Source: Camelus dromedarius
Lineage: Eukaryota
DNA: 64,000 bases
Assembly (NCBI RefSeq): GCF_036321535.1
Contig: NC_087436.1
Coordinates: 78,866,001 to 78,930,000, forward strand
Direction: 5' to 3'
The position numbers and the translations under genes were made by a program. The notes beneath the pieces were generated by a model. The model had not been told where the DNA came from, made no database searches, and saw only the letters and a list, made by a program, of their open reading frames with translations. Below are positions 61,096 through 64,000 of the stretch, one piece after another (the first letter of the stretch is position 1; the number at the start of each line of letters is the position of its first letter).

Positions 61096-61995
61096 GGCTT
61101 TGCAGGACAAGGAAGAAGGGCTGGTGAGAACCAGCTGTTTATACCTGGGTTTAAGGGAGGATGTGAGGTGAGGAGAACCCCTGCCCCCCAACACACATGC
61201 CTTTTAGAAACACAGGAAAGAGCAGAGAGCGGAGGAGCATGTCTGGCGGAGGAGAGCACTCTGGGCCTGGTGTGCCTGCACTGTAATAGCCTTCGGGCGT
61301 TTTAGTCACTTAGTCCTGGGACAATACCTGAGTCTGTGAAATCCAATGCCCAACTCAGGCAGTATTCCTGGCTCCCCCTCAGCTCTGGCCAGCCCAAGGG
61401 ATCCGCCTGGCCCCACTGCACACCTGCTCCAAGGTATGTGCCCCAGGGTCTTTCCTGAAATCTTCAGACTCACTCATCCCACCGGCAAGTGCCTGCTCTA
61501 GAAAAGGCACACCAAGAACTGTTGGTGAGTGATAGGCTGAGAGAAGAAGGCGAGAGTCAGGTGAAGGCTGAAGGGCAGCCTCTCCGCAAGCCTGATCTCC
61601 TCACAGTCCTGCTGGTCCTGGTGAATCCCCCTCACCCTGGATCTGGGTGCTGATCACCTCCAGCCTCGCTGAACCATCAGGTCCTTGACAGTCCCACTCG
61701 GTCTCTTCTCTCATCTGTCAGGAGCTCTGTAGCCTGTGGCCACAATGCCATCCCATCCAAACCTCTTGCCCAACCAGCATCAGGCTTCCTGCCGGGCTCA
61801 GTCCAGTCTCCTCCTCTGGGGAGCCTCCCCGACTCCCCCAGGCTGGGGCTGTGTAACTACTGCTGCCCTGGCAGTTCTCACCTGTGCACCGGTCTGTCTC
61901 TCCAACTGGCCTTAAGTGCCCTGAAGTCAGGGATGGTGGGGGTGCCGGCAAGTAATGGGAGAGTAATAAGCACGATTGAATAAGGGAATTAAATA

Positions 61996-62155
61996 ATGGT
62001 TCTCAGCCCAGCTGTGCACCAGAAACATTCAAAGACCTTTTTCAAAAAAAAAAAAAAGCCAGGGCCTCATCCTAGAGATTCCAATACAGTAGGTCCGGGT
62101 GGGGGCCCAGGCTTCTGAATATTTTAAAGGATCCCCAAGTGATTCTGATGGATTT
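61996..62155. mobile_element. MER5-family MITE
   Basis: 'tggttctcagcc...cctagagattccaatacagtaggtccgggtgggggcccaggc...ccccaagtgattctgatg'. Confidence 0.65.
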
Positions 62156-62454
62156 TGACAATAGTTGGAGTGGAAAAGATGAATGAATTGGTGGGTGGAT
62201 GAATCTGTGATTGCATGTGCGACCGAGAGGGTCTCGCTCCTGTCAGTTCACGCTCAGAGTGAACAAATGGCCGGCGTTTACAAGGGAGGAGGGCAGGTGC
62301 CTGTTGTGGTGGCCACCAACCCACCACTGCCAGGGGAAATAAAGTCAGAAACCAGCTGCCTTTACCCATGACCAGGGATTTCCGACAACTAGGGGCAGGC
62401 GGGAACAAGTCCCCACTGGCAAAGGAGGAGCTAAAGGAAGGGAAGGAGCAAAGG

Positions 62455-62655
62455 GAAGCACTAAGGGTCCAGGTCTTTACTGTGTTGCTCCATTTTTCTC
62501 CAGCTGCGACCTGACGCTGGCTGTACTGTTCTCCTCCCTGTGCAGCTGGGGACCAGGCTGGGGAGGGCAGGTGGTTTGTTCCAGCCTGTACCTACAGGGG
62601 CTAGGCTTTGAACCCAGACTCCCTGACTCCAAAGCCCCTACTCTGAACTCCAGGG
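62455..62655 (-). mobile_element. MIR SINE, part of the donor of the 42.8-43.1 kb copy
   Basis: Reverse complement reads 'gggctttggagtcagggagtctgggttcaaagcc...ccccagctgcacagggaggagaac...gtaaagacc', collinear with the MIR consensus. Confidence 0.7.
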
Positions 62656-64000
62656 TAGTGCCACCTCCATAGAAACAGGACATGTCCCAGTAAAGGGATG
62701 GGGAGACTGCACACAGAGACTACAGAATGTCACAATAAACACTCCACCAGAATCATGCCACCCAAAGATGGTGATGCCTTTTATAAACATTTAAAGAAGC
62801 CACCATGGCTGTGTCACCCTTTTGTAAATCTATCAGTGGCTTTTCCAAGCAATTATTTTAAGTTTATATAATACACAAAACTAGACAAGGTGAGAACTAA
62901 AATGTTACACATGGTCAGGCTGATAATTTGGATGTAAAGCTCTGCCTTATTTCTGAGTCACAAATGCTCCAAGTCCCAGACAGACAGACAGACACCGAAG
63001 CCGTGCGGGTTCCTGATTCAGACCTCGCAGTAGAGAGCACTGCATGTCTAACCCTCTGGTACCACTTTAACACTTGCCGCAAGTCTTAAAACAACTCTCC
63101 GCGCACTGTCGTCAACCCCATTTCACAGCACTGAGGCTCCCACGCTGGAAAGTGGCCTGTCTGAAGCTGAACGAAGTGGCAACGCTGAGATTCCAGCTCT
63201 GGCTCCCACTCTGCAGCGCCACTTCTCATTTCAGGATCACGGGGCAGTCTGCAGTGACCTTGACCAGCTTTAGGAAAAACCGAGTTAATAATGTTAACCT
63301 CGACCTATATTTATACTGGTTGGGACTATTAAGCCAGCAAAAGCACAGTCCATCCTCTCGGGTCTCACTGCACTCCGCCCAGCCTGGGGTAAGGCTCTTA
63401 GTGCTTGCCCGCTTATTAAAAATGCAAGAGTTGCAACAATGGGCTAGGAATTACAGGGTTTAAGAGAAAGATTCTTTAATGTTTTTCAGGTTTGTTATTT
63501 TTTTAGTAGTTTAAATATTAAAGATTTTTTTTTAAAGATAACACAAGGAGACATGAGTGGGCAAAAAAGTCAAAACTTGACCTAAAACATTTAGAGAAAA
63601 GATCTGGCCCTGTTTTTACAGCAATTGTAACCGGCTCTGCCGAAAAACCCCCTAAAACCAGTAAAGACCAGGTGAGTTGTCAGCTGAACAAAAAGATTCT
63701 TGTCTACAAAATAGTGGCCTTTGGGAGGAAAATAGGAGGAAGAGAGGATGAAAGGGAGGGAGCGGGGGAGGGAAGGAGGACAGGAGAGATCTGTGTTCAT
63801 TTCTCTTCGGGGCCTTTGAGAAAGAACCTTTGTTTCCCAAGCCAAAGCAATCTTTTCCATGCAAGGCAGGCAACGAAGCCATGTCCTGTGCCAGCTTTGT
63901 AGAACTGATTGTGCTGTAAGAGGGCCTTTTTCACCTTCTGCTAAAGAAAAAAAGCCAGTATCAGGACAAATAATAATAACTGCAGCTAATGATCACTGAC

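Overview
Mammalian non-coding DNA, almost certainly camelid (alpaca, vicuna or camel). Six tRNA-Ala-derived Vic-1-type SINEs and about a dozen 5'-truncated lineage L1 3' ends with target-site duplications (TSDs) sit among ancient MIR, L2, MER5/MER20/MER3, Tigger, MLT1, LTR16 and Gypsy-like LTR relics. I recognise no protein-coding exon, and the listed ORFs look like chance or repeat-derived frames. The window starts at a G-rich, CpG-containing edge, possibly a promoter flank, and has a second CpG-enriched block at about 54.9-55.8 kb. The main finding is a ~240-bp segment at 62501-62741 that was copied, inverted and circularly permuted, to 42829-43078. There it replaces a missing part of an old L1, and the new junction has 2-bp microhomology. 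This pattern fits a small DNA circle (microDNA/eccDNA) captured at a nearby break. Other highlights: paired RFX X-boxes at 40.6-40.9 kb, an ancient solo LTR with intact TG...CA ends and a 4-bp TSD, a tail-head-tail SINE inside one TSD pair, a twin-primed L1, and a fold-back hairpin at a Tigger truncation. Repeat family names come from remembered consensus sequences. Boundaries without TSDs are approximate.
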